Source: Longimicrobiales bacterium (GTDB taxonomy: Bacteria; Gemmatimonadota; Gemmatimonadetes; Longimicrobiales; Gaopeijiaceae). Taken from it: DNA of 64,000 bases. The stretch is taken from assembly GCA_965218295.1 (NCBI GenBank), contig CBDCKN010000001.1, positions 1-64,000 on the forward strand, in the 5' to 3' direction. Made by a program: the position numbers and the translations under genes. Shown in pieces: positions 51,588 through 60,495 of the stretch. Position 1 is the first letter of the stretch, and each line of letters begins with the position of its first letter. The notes under the pieces were generated by a model, which was not told the origin of the DNA, did no database searches, and worked only from the letters and a program-made list of their open reading frames with translations.

Positions 51588-52598
51588 TCACGCTAGAGGA
51601 TGCCGGTGCGCCGCCGAGTACCGTCCGGTCAGATGATGCTCGAGCTGACGCTCGATGTCGCCCAGGAGCGAGCTGACGCCGAAGCGGAAGAGGTCCGGCT
51701 CCACCCAGGCGTTGCCCAGCTCCTCCTTCATGAGGATCAGCCAGATGAGGGCCTCTTTTGCCTTCCGGATCCCACCGGCGGGCTTGAAGCCGACCTGATA
51801 ACCGGTCCGTTCGCCGTACTCTCGGATGGAGCGCGCCATGGTGAGTCCCACGGGGAGCGTGGCGTTGGTTGACTCCTTGCCGGTGGAGGTCTTCACGAAG
51901 TCGGCACCTGCCATCATGCACACCAGGCTGGCCCTGTAGACATTCCGCAGCGTGCCCAGCTCTCCCGTCGCCAGGATCGTCTTCAGGTGTGCCGGCCCGC
52001 ACGCTTCCCGGAAGGTCCTCACCTCGTCGTAGAGGGCCTTCCAGTCGCCCGCGAGAACGTGGGTCCGCGTGATAACGATGTCGATCTCGTCCGCACCCGC
52101 GGCCACCGAAGCGCCGATCTCGGCGACCCGCTGGGAGAACGGGCTCAGCCCGGCCGGGAAGCCGGTGGAGACCGCAGCGACGGGGATGCCGGATCCCTGC
52201 AAGGCCTGGACGGCTGTCTTGACCATGGTGTGGTAGACACAGACTGCGCCGGTGGTAAGACCGAGAGATCCGACACCGAGGCCCTCGAGAATATCCTGTC
52301 GGACCGGCTGGCGAGCTTTCGCGCACAACCTGCGCACGCGTCCGGGAGTGTCGTCTCCGGCGAGCGTCGTGAGATCTATGCACGAGACCGCCTTGAGGAG
52401 CCAAGCCGCCTGCCACTCCTTCTTTACGCTGCGGCGGGTGCCCAGGGTGGCGGCTCGTCGCTCCACTGCGCTCCGGTTGACGCGGACCTCCCGAACCCAC
52501 TCTGGCTCGAACATTGTGCCGAGGTTCCGGGCGCCCCGAATGGAGGCCGGCTCGGTCGTGGCGGGCGTGGCCTGTTCTCTGGAGCGTGTGGAGACCAT
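51588..52598 (-). CDS. deoC: Deoxyribose-phosphate aldolase
   Basis: IDLTTL, GADEIDIVI, LKTIL, DFVKTSTGK, GFKPAGGIR; start estimated. Confidence 0.93.
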   Translation of the reverse strand: MVSTRSREQATPATTEPASIRGARNLGTMFEPEWVREVRVNRSAVERRAATLGTRRSVKKEWQAAWLLKAVSCIDLTTLAGDDTPGRVRRLCAKARQPVRQDILEGLGVGSLGLTTGAVCVYHTMVKTAVQALQGSGIPVAAVSTGFPAGLSPFSQRVAEIGASVAAGADEIDIVITRTHVLAGDWKALYDEVRTFREACGPAHLKTILATGELGTLRNVYRASLVCMMAGADFVKTSTGKESTNATLPVGLTMARSIREYGERTGYQVGFKPAGGIRKAKEALIWLILMKEELGNAWVEPDLFRFGVSSLLGDIERQLEHHLTGRYSAAHRHPLA

Positions 52599-52659
52599 AG
52601 GGACCCGTTGTGGTTCATGCGGAGGCGTGCAACATAGCCGAGGTGTGGGGCGGGGTACA

Positions 52660-52750
52660 GTATGTCTCTCCATGCTGCAGCACGGCCTCGTACGTATACT
52701 CACGATATAGAGATACGTACACATCTCCGAGAGGAGCTCGGCGAGCTTCC
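52660..52750. repeat. TACGTA-N17-TACGTA repeat, copy B
   Basis: 52671-52707 identical to 55205-55241 (37 bp); similar to the reverse complement of copy A. Confidence 0.88.
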
Positions 52751-52943
52751 TATCGGCCGACCACGACTACCGGCTGGCTGCATAGCTCCGTTTTCCCCGC
52801 AGAATTTCCGCGGATGAGGTTTTCGCGGAGCACGGCCGTGGCCCGGGCACGTCAGGCTTGGCAGCGACTGGCCTGGGATGCCAGCGCCTGATACACTGTA
52901 CGGCTTCATGGATTGTCCATTGTAACCAGGGGATCAAAGCACT

Positions 52944-54356
52944 ATGACAGCGGAAGACTTCTTCAAGTACGCCGAGGAAAATGAGGCCAAGATGGCGGAC
53001 CTCAAGTTCACCGATCTGCTCGGCTCTTGGCAGCACTGCAGCTTCCCCATCGAGACATGGGACGAGGACACCTTCGAGGACGGCGTCGGGTTCGATGGAT
53101 CCTCGATCCGAGGCTGGCAGGCGATCGACGTCTCGGACATGCTCGCTCGACCGGATCCTGCCACCGCGAGGCTCGACCCCTTCTTTGAGAGACCCACAGT
53201 CAGCGTGATCGCGGATATCGTGGATCCTGAGACCCGCGAGGACTACACGCGCGACCCGCGGCATGTGGCACGGAAGGCCGAAGAGCACATGAAGAAGAGC
53301 GGAATTGCCGACGTGTGTCACGTAGGGCCAGAGCCCGAGTTTTTCATCTTCGACCACGTCGCCTACGAGCAGAACCAGCAGCACGGGTTCTATGAGATCG
53401 ACTCGGTCGAGGGATCGTGGAACACGGGCCGCATTGAGGAGCCGAATCTGGGTTATAAGCCGAGCTACAAGGGCGGGTACTTCCCGGTCAGCCCCACGGA
53501 CACCTACCATGACCTCCGCAGCGAGATGGTCTACCAGATGTCGAAGGTCGGGATCGTCGTGGAGGCCCATCACCATGAGGTGGGTACCGGCGGCCAGGCC
53601 GAGATCGACATGCAGTACGCTCCTTTGGTCCAGATGTCGGATCAGTTCATGTGGTACAAGTACATCACCAAGAACGTGGCCAAAAACGCCGGGAAGACCG
53701 TCACGTTCATGCCGAAGCCGATCTTCGACGACAACGGGAGCGGGATGCACACGCACATGTCCCTCTGGAAGGGGGGACAACCGCTCTTCGCCGGCGACGG
53801 CTATGCGGGCCTCAGCGACACCGGTCTCCACGCAATCGGAGGGATCCTGAAACATGCCCGCGCGATCATGGCGTTCGCCGCCCCCACTGAGAACTCCTAC
53901 CGCCGGCTCGTCCCAGGCTTCGAGGCGCCAGTGAATCTGGCGATGTCGAAGCGGAACCGTTCCGCCGGCGTCAGGATCCCGATGTATTCGCCCAATCCCA
54001 AGGCCAGGCGGCTCGAGTTCCGGTGCCCGGACCCCAGCTGCAACGGATACCTCTTGTTTTCGGCCATGCTCATGGCCGTTTTAGACGGGATCGAGAACCA
54101 GATCGACCCGGGAGACCCGCTGGACCGCGACACATACGAGATGACCCCGGAAGAGCTGGCACTCACCGAGAAGACGCCGGAGTCCCTCGAGCAGGCCCTC
54201 GGAGAGCTGGAGGCCGACCACGGGTTCCTTGTAAAGGGTGACGTCTTTACGGACGACCTTATCCAGACGTGGATCGATTACAAGATGGAAAACGAAGTGC
54301 GGGAACTCCGCCTCCGTCCGCATCCCCACGAGTTCTTCCTGTATTACGACAACTGA
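52944..54356 (+). CDS. glnA: Glutamine synthetase type I (beta-like)
   Basis: [42 protein letters not shown], adenylylation-site-like DRDTY. Confidence 0.96.
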   Translation: MTAEDFFKYAEENEAKMADLKFTDLLGSWQHCSFPIETWDEDTFEDGVGFDGSSIRGWQAIDVSDMLARPDPATARLDPFFERPTVSVIADIVDPETREDYTRDPRHVARKAEEHMKKSGIADVCHVGPEPEFFIFDHVAYEQNQQHGFYEIDSVEGSWNTGRIEEPNLGYKPSYKGGYFPVSPTDTYHDLRSEMVYQMSKVGIVVEAHHHEVGTGGQAEIDMQYAPLVQMSDQFMWYKYITKNVAKNAGKTVTFMPKPIFDDNGSGMHTHMSLWKGGQPLFAGDGYAGLSDTGLHAIGGILKHARAIMAFAAPTENSYRRLVPGFEAPVNLAMSKRNRSAGVRIPMYSPNPKARRLEFRCPDPSCNGYLLFSAMLMAVLDGIENQIDPGDPLDRDTYEMTPEELALTEKTPESLEQALGELEADHGFLVKGDVFTDDLIQTWIDYKMENEVRELRLRPHPHEFFLYYDN

Positions 54357-54395
54357 GCAGAGGTGGGGTGGCCGAAAGGGCTGTCCCCTGCCGTT

Positions 54396-54438
54396 GGCCG
54401 CCCCCTCCGATCTACTCCGGGGAGGGCGGCCTTTCCTT
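54396..54438 (+). terminator. Probable terminator after glnA
   Basis: GGCCGCCC...GGGCGGCC stem, then TTTCCTT. Confidence 0.55.
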
Positions 54439-54687
54439 CATTCTACGACTGGCTCCCGCCGAGTCTGTGCTCGGCGGTCTTCACCACGACTACTTTGGGT
54501 GGCCGCCCACGCTCCCGAATGAGCTGGACGTGGAGTACGTGCGCATGTTGGGATTGGAACGGCCGGAGCGTTAGGAGCCGGATCGCGTTGCCCGAAGTTT
54601 GAAATGCCGACAAATTACGCGGAATGGGACGGTGTACGGAGGTCGGCGAGGATGCTGATACCCGGAATCCCTTGCGGTACAACGACT

Positions 54688-54784
54688 GGGGGCGGATGGG
54701 GTCTGGTGGCCCCACTGGTCTTCAAAACCAGCTCGCCCGGCTGAACCCCGGGCTGGTGGGTTCGATTCCCACACGCTCCCGCCA
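54688..54784 (+). tRNA. selC: tRNA-Sec (anticodon TCA)
   Basis: Anticodon arm CTGGT-CTTCAAA-ACCAG, 6-bp D stem, long variable arm, GTGGG-TTCGATT-CCCAC T arm, GCCA end. Confidence 0.95.
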
Positions 54785-54815
54785 CATGTGAAGTCGGCTG
54801 AGCGGCAACGACTTA

Positions 54816-54854
54816 GGGGCTCCGGCGGTTCTCTTTGAACCAGGCCGGAGCCCC
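54816..54854. terminator. Hairpin after tRNA-Sec
   Basis: GGGGCTCCGGC...GCCGGAGCCCC 11-bp stem. Confidence 0.55.
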
Positions 54855-54900
54855 GTGTTGCTACTGGGACTGTGCCGCGATGCCGGGATTGTGCCGTTAA

Positions 54901-55204
54901 TCAGCGTGCTGCGACAAGCTGGCCCGATGACCTTGCCGGCGGGAAGTCCTTCAGGATCTTCTCCACCGCGTCGCTGACATACATCCGAACCTTCTTAGGA
55001 TCCGGATCAAGATGCAGCGATTTCCTGGCCGATCCCCGGAAGACGACTTCGTCCGTTCGGACATCGATTATGTCCAGAACCAAGGTTCCGCGCAGGTATT
55101 CGCGCACGCGGCCCGTGCCCGCGTATCCGTATCCGGCGCCCGGATAGCCATCGAACGGCCTGAGGTGTCGGCCACCATAAAGCGAAAAGTTGCCTGAGGG
55201 GGAA
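54901..55204 (-). pseudogene. DUF4136-like lipoprotein, C-terminal half only
   Basis: GY-rich linker, then VREY..GTLVLDIID....VVFRG.A and KILKDFPP; frame runs upstream into repeat C and a stop at 55234-55236. Confidence 0.7.
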
Positions 55205-55254
55205 CATGCTGCAGCACGGCCTCGTACGTATACTCACGATAGAAAGTTACGTAC
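55205..55254. repeat. TACGTA-N17-TACGTA repeat, copy C
   Basis: 37-bp identity with copy B; TACGTA at 55225-55230 and 55248-55253. Confidence 0.88.
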
Positions 55255-55334
55255 AGCTTTCGTTTTGTTCCCTGGATCGGCGAGGGTAGATTTTCCGCTC
55301 GCGTGTTCGAACCCCTACCAGGCACGAGAAAAGG

Positions 55335-55976
55335 GTGCGATTGAGGATCCCTACCAGAGTTGCGGCTACTGCGCTCCTCACCGTGAGCCTCGTGGCGACG
55401 GGCCTCGCGCTGGCGCCGACCTCCACCCGGGCGCAGGATCCCGTGGCCGATCCGCCGGCCCGGGAAGCTGTTGCGCCCGACTCCGCGAGCGCACCGCGTC
55501 GACACAGTGCCGGGGGCGCCTTCCTGCGCTCCGTGCTCATACCGGGCTGGGGCCAAGCCAAGGTGGGATCGCCCGATCGAGGAGGGTTCTACTTCGCCGT
55601 AGAGTCGATGAGCCTCTGGATGATCTTGAAGACGTCCAAGACCCTGGGGAGCGCCAGGGACATCGTGGGCCTGAGACGGGCCGAGGCCGAGGCGCGGGTC
55701 ATCGGCGAGGGTACGGTTGTCGACCCGATGGAGATCGCCAACCTCGTCGACGAGGATGAAGCGGTACAGGACGCCGAGGTGCTGGTGGAGCTCCGCTCGC
55801 AGCAGAAGGAAGACTGGGTGGCCTTCGGGCTCTTCTTTCTGTTCCTGGGGGGTGCCGATGCGTTCGTGGCGGCCCACCTGGCCGACTTCCCTGTGCCCCT
55901 GGAGGCCGCGATCCGGCCTCTACCGAACACGGGGGTAGAGCTCGCGTTCTCGCTGCCGTTCGATCCGTTCCGCTAG
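55335..55976 (+). CDS. Hypothetical membrane protein (DUF5683-like)
   Basis: Signal peptide, AFLRSVLIPGWGQ, DAFVAAHL.DF. Confidence 0.7.
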   Translation: MRLRIPTRVAATALLTVSLVATGLALAPTSTRAQDPVADPPAREAVAPDSASAPRRHSAGGAFLRSVLIPGWGQAKVGSPDRGGFYFAVESMSLWMILKTSKTLGSARDIVGLRRAEAEARVIGEGTVVDPMEIANLVDEDEAVQDAEVLVELRSQQKEDWVAFGLFFLFLGGADAFVAAHLADFPVPLEAAIRPLPNTGVELAFSLPFDPFR

Positions 55977-56139
55977 TGTGGTGTCCCAGAAGTTCGCGAG
56001 CCACCGAGAGTGCCGAGGCGCCGGATCCTGCAAGGCGCGACGACGAGGAATAGCAACGCTATTTCGAGGAAGAGGAACGCCGCAGGGCCGGATGCATCGG
56101 TGCTCGAATGGCCGAGACACTTCTGGGACACCACACTAA
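55973..56139. mobile_element. Long palindromic miniature element, copy E5
   Basis: 20-bp perfect TIR TAGTGTGGTGTCCCAGAAGT / ACTTCTGGGACACCACACTA; shares GGCCGAGACACTT with E1 and E4; supplies both flanking stop codons. Confidence 0.85.
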
Positions 56140-56873
56140 CCCTGCCACTCCCTGAGCATCGGCGGCTCTCCCTCCTGCAGCACCAGGTAGCTCCGGTGGT
56201 GGACCCAGTCTCCGGCGTTCACGTAGTAGCGTCGAGGCTCGACCTCTTCGAGGGTGGGGATGTGGGTGTGTCCGAGGATCACGAGGTCCAGGTCGGGCTC
56301 GTCTTTGAGCTTTTGTCGGCCCCACTCCTGCAGCACCAGGGCCCGGGTGCGCTCGCTTTCGGAAGGTCCCGTCAGTCGATGCTCCGTCTGCGAGACACGG
56401 CCGGCCACGGCCGCCCCCACGTCGGGATGGAGCCACCGGAAGGACCATCGGGTGATCTGACTGCGCAACACAGTGCGAAGAATGCGATATCCCAGGTCGC
56501 CACGCCCGAGGCCGTCGCCGTGGGCGAGAAACGTGCGGAAGCCCGCAAGGTCCAGCAGCACGGGATCCCGCAAGAACGTGACCCCGATCTCGTCGGTCAG
56601 GAAGGATCCCCCCCACCAGTCGTGGTTGCCACCCATGAGCGTCACCGAAACCCCGGCGTCCACGAGCCTCGCGAGAGCACCGAGCACCCGGGTGTGGCCC
56701 CGGGGAACCGCCGATCGGTACTCGAACCAGAAATCGAAGAGGTCCCCGTTGAGGATGAGCTGTGACGCCTCGGAGCCCGTATGCTCGAGCCAACCCTGGA
56801 ACGCGTCTTCGGTCTCCCGCGGGACGACCCCGAGGTGAATGTCGCTTGCGAGATGGATGGGTTTCTCTGACAT
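56136..56873 (-). CDS. lpxH: UDP-2,3-diacylglucosamine diphosphatase
   Basis: SDIHLG, GDLFDFWFEY, GNHD, HGD, GHTH, NAGDW. Confidence 0.88.
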   Translation of the reverse strand: MSEKPIHLASDIHLGVVPRETEDAFQGWLEHTGSEASQLILNGDLFDFWFEYRSAVPRGHTRVLGALARLVDAGVSVTLMGGNHDWWGGSFLTDEIGVTFLRDPVLLDLAGFRTFLAHGDGLGRGDLGYRILRTVLRSQITRWSFRWLHPDVGAAVAGRVSQTEHRLTGPSESERTRALVLQEWGRQKLKDEPDLDLVILGHTHIPTLEEVEPRRYYVNAGDWVHHRSYLVLQEGEPPMLREWQG

Positions 56874-57027
56874 GGGGCTCGGAAGGTAAACCGTGTGTAT
56901 CACCCTGGGGAAGTACGTTTGCAGGGGGCACTTGGAACGCTCGATCGGCGCGGGGGTTTCCCCCGCGTGACGTGATGACCCGCACGGATCAATGAACGAG
57001 ACCACGGAGATCAGGGGCAGCGCCCTC

Positions 57028-57726
57028 ATGACGGCGATACGAGTCCTGAAGATCAGGTTTGCCTTCTCATTGGCGGTCGCTGCCATGGTGGGGACGACCT
57101 GTGGGGGCTCGCCGCCGGAGCTTCCCGCTCCGACCGTAGACACTCAGCAGGCCGTAGCGGCGGCGACGGAGAGCAACCCGTTCCCGCGTGCCGCTCGCGT
57201 CTTCTTCGAGTGGAACATCCGGGAGCCCAACCTCCGGATCGGAGGCAACGGTGTGGCCCGCCTCGAGCCGCCCGCCCAGGCGCGACTGGATCTATTCCTG
57301 GGAAACGGGCAATCGGTCCTGGCCGTCGCGTTGGTCGACGACGATCTGCGGGCCCCCGAAGGAACTTCCTTGCAGGTCGTCCCGTCTCCGCCCCTTCTAT
57401 GGGCGTCTCTGGGAGTGTTCAGGCCGGGTGACGGCGTGACGCTCCTGGGAGCGGAGGTGCGAGATGAGGCCCTTCGGCTGCGATATGCGCTCGGCGACGG
57501 CGACGAGCTCTGGTACGAGCTTCGTGACGGCAAGCTGACTGGCGTCGAACTCTTGCATGACGGGAGCGCCCTTCATCGGGTCTCCCTGGACCGTGAGGTG
57601 GAGTGGGAGTTGCCCCGCGGGGCCACCTACCGCAATCTGGCCTCGTTCAGAGAGCTCAAGATAACCGTCGAGTCCGTTGAGAATGTGGAGTCTTATCCAG
57701 CCGACATCTGGAGTCCCCACCGCTAA
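57028..57726 (+). CDS. Hypothetical exported protein / lipoprotein
   Basis: Hydrophobic N-terminus with Cys, beta-rich body; start uncertain (56992 or 57028). Confidence 0.6.
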   Translation: MTAIRVLKIRFAFSLAVAAMVGTTCGGSPPELPAPTVDTQQAVAAATESNPFPRAARVFFEWNIREPNLRIGGNGVARLEPPAQARLDLFLGNGQSVLAVALVDDDLRAPEGTSLQVVPSPPLLWASLGVFRPGDGVTLLGAEVRDEALRLRYALGDGDELWYELRDGKLTGVELLHDGSALHRVSLDREVEWELPRGATYRNLASFRELKITVESVENVESYPADIWSPHR

Positions 57727-57762
57727 CGGTGGGGGCCGTGTCGTGATCCAGGGAGCGATAGG

Positions 57763-58278
57763 GTGTTGATCAGAGGCCCCGTCCGGGGTGTGATCGTGTC
57801 GTGCCTGGTCGCATCCGTGGCCGGGTGCAACTACAGCTTCGGATCGGGGAGCTTCCCCGACCACATCCGGACCGTTGCCATCCTGCCGTTCGAGAACGAC
57901 ACCAACCGCTTCGAGCTGACTCAGGAGCTCCACGACAAGCTGCTTCGCGAGCTGCCCCGAGCCCTAGGCATCACGAACGCCGGTGAGGAGGTCGCCGATG
58001 CGATCGTCCAAGGCCGCATCACCCGGTACGACCTGACGACCCCCCTGTTCCGACCCGGCCAGCAGAGAAACCAGGTGGAGGTTCTCCAGCGCCAGGTGAG
58101 CATCCGGGTGGAGGTCGAGCTGATCGACCGGGTCCAGGATGTGATCCTCTGGGACGACCTCAGCCTCACCGCGCTAGGGCAGTACCTGGAGGAGAGCGAA
58201 ACCGAGGAGGTGGGTCGGGAGGAGGCCATCGAGCTGCTCGTTCAAAGCATCGTGGACGGCGCCCAGTCAAACTGGTAG
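57763..58278 (+). CDS. lptE: LptE-family lipoprotein
   Basis: VAGC.YSF lipobox, IRTVAILPFEN.T, ADAIVQG.I, terminal W. Confidence 0.75.
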   Translation: MLIRGPVRGVIVSCLVASVAGCNYSFGSGSFPDHIRTVAILPFENDTNRFELTQELHDKLLRELPRALGITNAGEEVADAIVQGRITRYDLTTPLFRPGQQRNQVEVLQRQVSIRVEVELIDRVQDVILWDDLSLTALGQYLEESETEEVGREEAIELLVQSIVDGAQSNW

Positions 58279-58280
58279 GT

Positions 58281-58823
58281 TTGGCGTCCAAAATCAGCCT
58301 AGACGGTTCTGTTCGGGGGCATCCAACACGGAACGAAGGAGTCGGATTGGCAAGAGTTGTGGGCTTGGGAGTGGCGCTCTTCGCCCTGTGGCTTCTCCTT
58401 TCCGGGCACTACACGCCTCTGCTTCTGGGATTCGGCGTGGGCTCCTCGGCGCTGGTCGTCTACATCGCTCACCGCATGGACGTGGTGGACCACGAGGGTG
58501 TTCCCCTCTCCATTGCGGGACGGTTCCTCGGCTACTTTCCTTGGCTCCTCAAGGAGATCTGGGTGGCCAACCTCAACGTGGCCCGGATCATCCTTACCCC
58601 CAGCCTTCCCATCAGCCCGATCACGGTCGTCTTCAACGCCTCCCAGAAGACCGACCTGGGACGCGTGATCTATGCGAACTCCATCACCCTGACACCCGGA
58701 ACCATCACGACGGGGGTAAGCGGTGACGAGCTCGAGATCCATGCCCTGACCTGGCACGACGTGGACGGCCGCGAGGAAGACGAGATGGACCGGCGCGTGT
58801 CCTGGGTGGAGGGTGCTTCCTGA
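58281..58823 (+). CDS. mrpE: Mrp Na+/H+ antiporter subunit E
   Basis: WLLLSG, ANSITLTPGT; start may be further downstream. Confidence 0.92.
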   Translation: MASKISLDGSVRGHPTRNEGVGLARVVGLGVALFALWLLLSGHYTPLLLGFGVGSSALVVYIAHRMDVVDHEGVPLSIAGRFLGYFPWLLKEIWVANLNVARIILTPSLPISPITVVFNASQKTDLGRVIYANSITLTPGTITTGVSGDELEIHALTWHDVDGREEDEMDRRVSWVEGAS

Positions 58824-59113
58824 TGTTCGTCGTGGCGACGGCGGGCCTGATGGTAAGCATGACGCTGGCCATGACGCGGGCGCTCCTGGGGCCCACGGTC
58901 TACGACCGGGTCATGGCCCTCAACATGTTTGGGACGAAGACGGTGCTTCTCATCGCCGTCCTGGGCTTTCTCGCGGGGCGGCCGGAGTTCCTGGATCTCG
59001 CCCTGGTCTACGCTCTCATCAACTTCATCGGCACCATCGCCGTGCTGAAGTTCTTCGAGGTGGGCCATTTGGGACGCGGGGCGAGTGGCGCCGTCTCGCA
59101 GGGGGAGGCGTGA
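58823..59113 (+). CDS. mrpF: Mrp subunit F
   Basis: GPTVYDR, LDLALVYALINFIGT. Confidence 0.92.
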   Translation: MFVVATAGLMVSMTLAMTRALLGPTVYDRVMALNMFGTKTVLLIAVLGFLAGRPEFLDLALVYALINFIGTIAVLKFFEVGHLGRGASGAVSQGEA

Positions 59114-59436
59114 TGGAAATGATGGCCGACGTCCTGAGCTGGGTCTGCATCCTCGGGGGTCTCTTCTTCATCGTGGTGGGCGCGGTCGGCGTCATTCGCA
59201 TGCCGGACGTCTACACGCGGCTCCACGCGGCGGGGATGACGGACACCATGGGAGCGGGCCTCTTGCTCATGGGCATGTCGTTCCAGGCGGGCATCACCCT
59301 GGTGGCCGTGCGGCTCCTCCTGATCTGGGGGTTCCTCCTCTTCACGAGCCCTATCGCCACCTACGCCCTCTCCAGGGCCGCCCTCCACGGGAACGTGGTC
59401 CCGATTCGAATCGACTTCGAGGGAGGTGACTCATAG
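59113..59436 (+). CDS. mrpG: Mrp subunit G
   Basis: RMPDVYTRLHAA, FTSP. Confidence 0.92.
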   Translation: MEMMADVLSWVCILGGLFFIVVGAVGVIRMPDVYTRLHAAGMTDTMGAGLLLMGMSFQAGITLVAVRLLLIWGFLLFTSPIATYALSRAALHGNVVPIRIDFEGGDS

Positions 59437-60080
59437 AAGTCCTGGTCGACGTCTTCCTCCTCGTCATGCTGGCGGTGACGGCGCTGGCGCTCCTGAAGCT
59501 CAGGAACCTGTTTGCCGTGGCGATGCTGGCGGGCATCTTCAGCCTCCTGTCGGCGGCCCTCTTCACCGTCATGGACGCCGTGGACGTGGCCTTCACCGAG
59601 GCCGCAGTGGGTGCGGGGATCTCGACGATCCTCATGCTCGGCACCATGGCGCTGGTCGGGCACACGGCAAAGGGTGCGTCCAGGCCCGCCCTCCTGCCTC
59701 TCTTCGTGGTCTTCGTCACGGGTGGGGTGCTCATCTACGGCACCCTGGATATGCCTCCGTACGGAGACCCTGCGAATCCCGTCCACCACCACGTGGCCGA
59801 CTACTACCTGGAGGAGTCAGGCCACGAGATTGGCGTGCCCAACGTGGTGACGTCTGTCCTGGCCAGCTATCGGGGCTACGACACCATGGGGGAGACCACG
59901 GTGATCTTCACCGCCATGGTGGGCGTGCTCCTGCTCATGGCCCAGGTCCGCAGGAGAGCATGGTCGGAAGAGGAGCGTTCGGTTGGCGGGCCTTCGGCGG
60001 ATGGTCCGCGCGAGCAAGCTCCGAGCGAGAACGACCCGAGCGGGGAAGACCCGAGCCAGCGAGGTGACCATGGAGGATAA
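59433..60080 (+). CDS. Mrp DUF4040 / MrpB N-terminal-like subunit
   Basis: DAVDVAFTEAAVGAG, PNVVTSVLASYRGYDTMGE; start ambiguous (ATA 59433 or ATG 59466). Confidence 0.85.
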   Translation: MEVLVDVFLLVMLAVTALALLKLRNLFAVAMLAGIFSLLSAALFTVMDAVDVAFTEAAVGAGISTILMLGTMALVGHTAKGASRPALLPLFVVFVTGGVLIYGTLDMPPYGDPANPVHHHVADYYLEESGHEIGVPNVVTSVLASYRGYDTMGETTVIFTAMVGVLLLMAQVRRRAWSEEERSVGGPSADGPREQAPSENDPSGEDPSQRGDHGG

Positions 60081-60495
60081 GGTCATCCTGCGGGTCGGCG
60101 CCAAGATCCTCATCCCCTTCATCCTGCTCTTCGCCCTGTACGTGCAGTTCCACGGCGACTACGGGCCGGGCGGTGGCTTCCAGGCCGGCGTCATCTTCGC
60201 CGCGGGCTTCATCCTCTACAGCCTCATCTTCGGCGTGGACACGGCCAGGGAGGTCCTGCCCCTGTCGGTGGCGTGGTTCTGCGGTGCCGCTGGCATCCTG
60301 ATCTTCGCCGGCGTAGGAGTGGTCACCCTGTTGCTCGGTGGCGACTTCCTTGACTATGGCGTACTCGCCCACGAGCCGGAGCACGGCCAGCACTGGGGTA
60401 TCCTTCTGGTGGAGCTGGGCGTCCTGACGACGGTGTTCGGAGTCATGGTCGCCATCTTCTACTCCTTCGCCGGGCGCAGGGGGCTCCGCGCGTGA
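60070..60495 (+). CDS. mrpB: Mrp subunit B
   Basis: HGDYGPGGGFQAG. Confidence 0.9.
   Translation: MEDKVILRVGAKILIPFILLFALYVQFHGDYGPGGGFQAGVIFAAGFILYSLIFGVDTAREVLPLSVAWFCGAAGILIFAGVGVVTLLLGGDFLDYGVLAHEPEHGQHWGILLVELGVLTTVFGVMVAIFYSFAGRRGLRA

Noticed and set aside
49012..52598. deoC plus two-domain ALDH as a novel system
   Set aside because: Readily explained as deoxyribose-phosphate cleavage followed by acetaldehyde oxidation; a familiar pairing.
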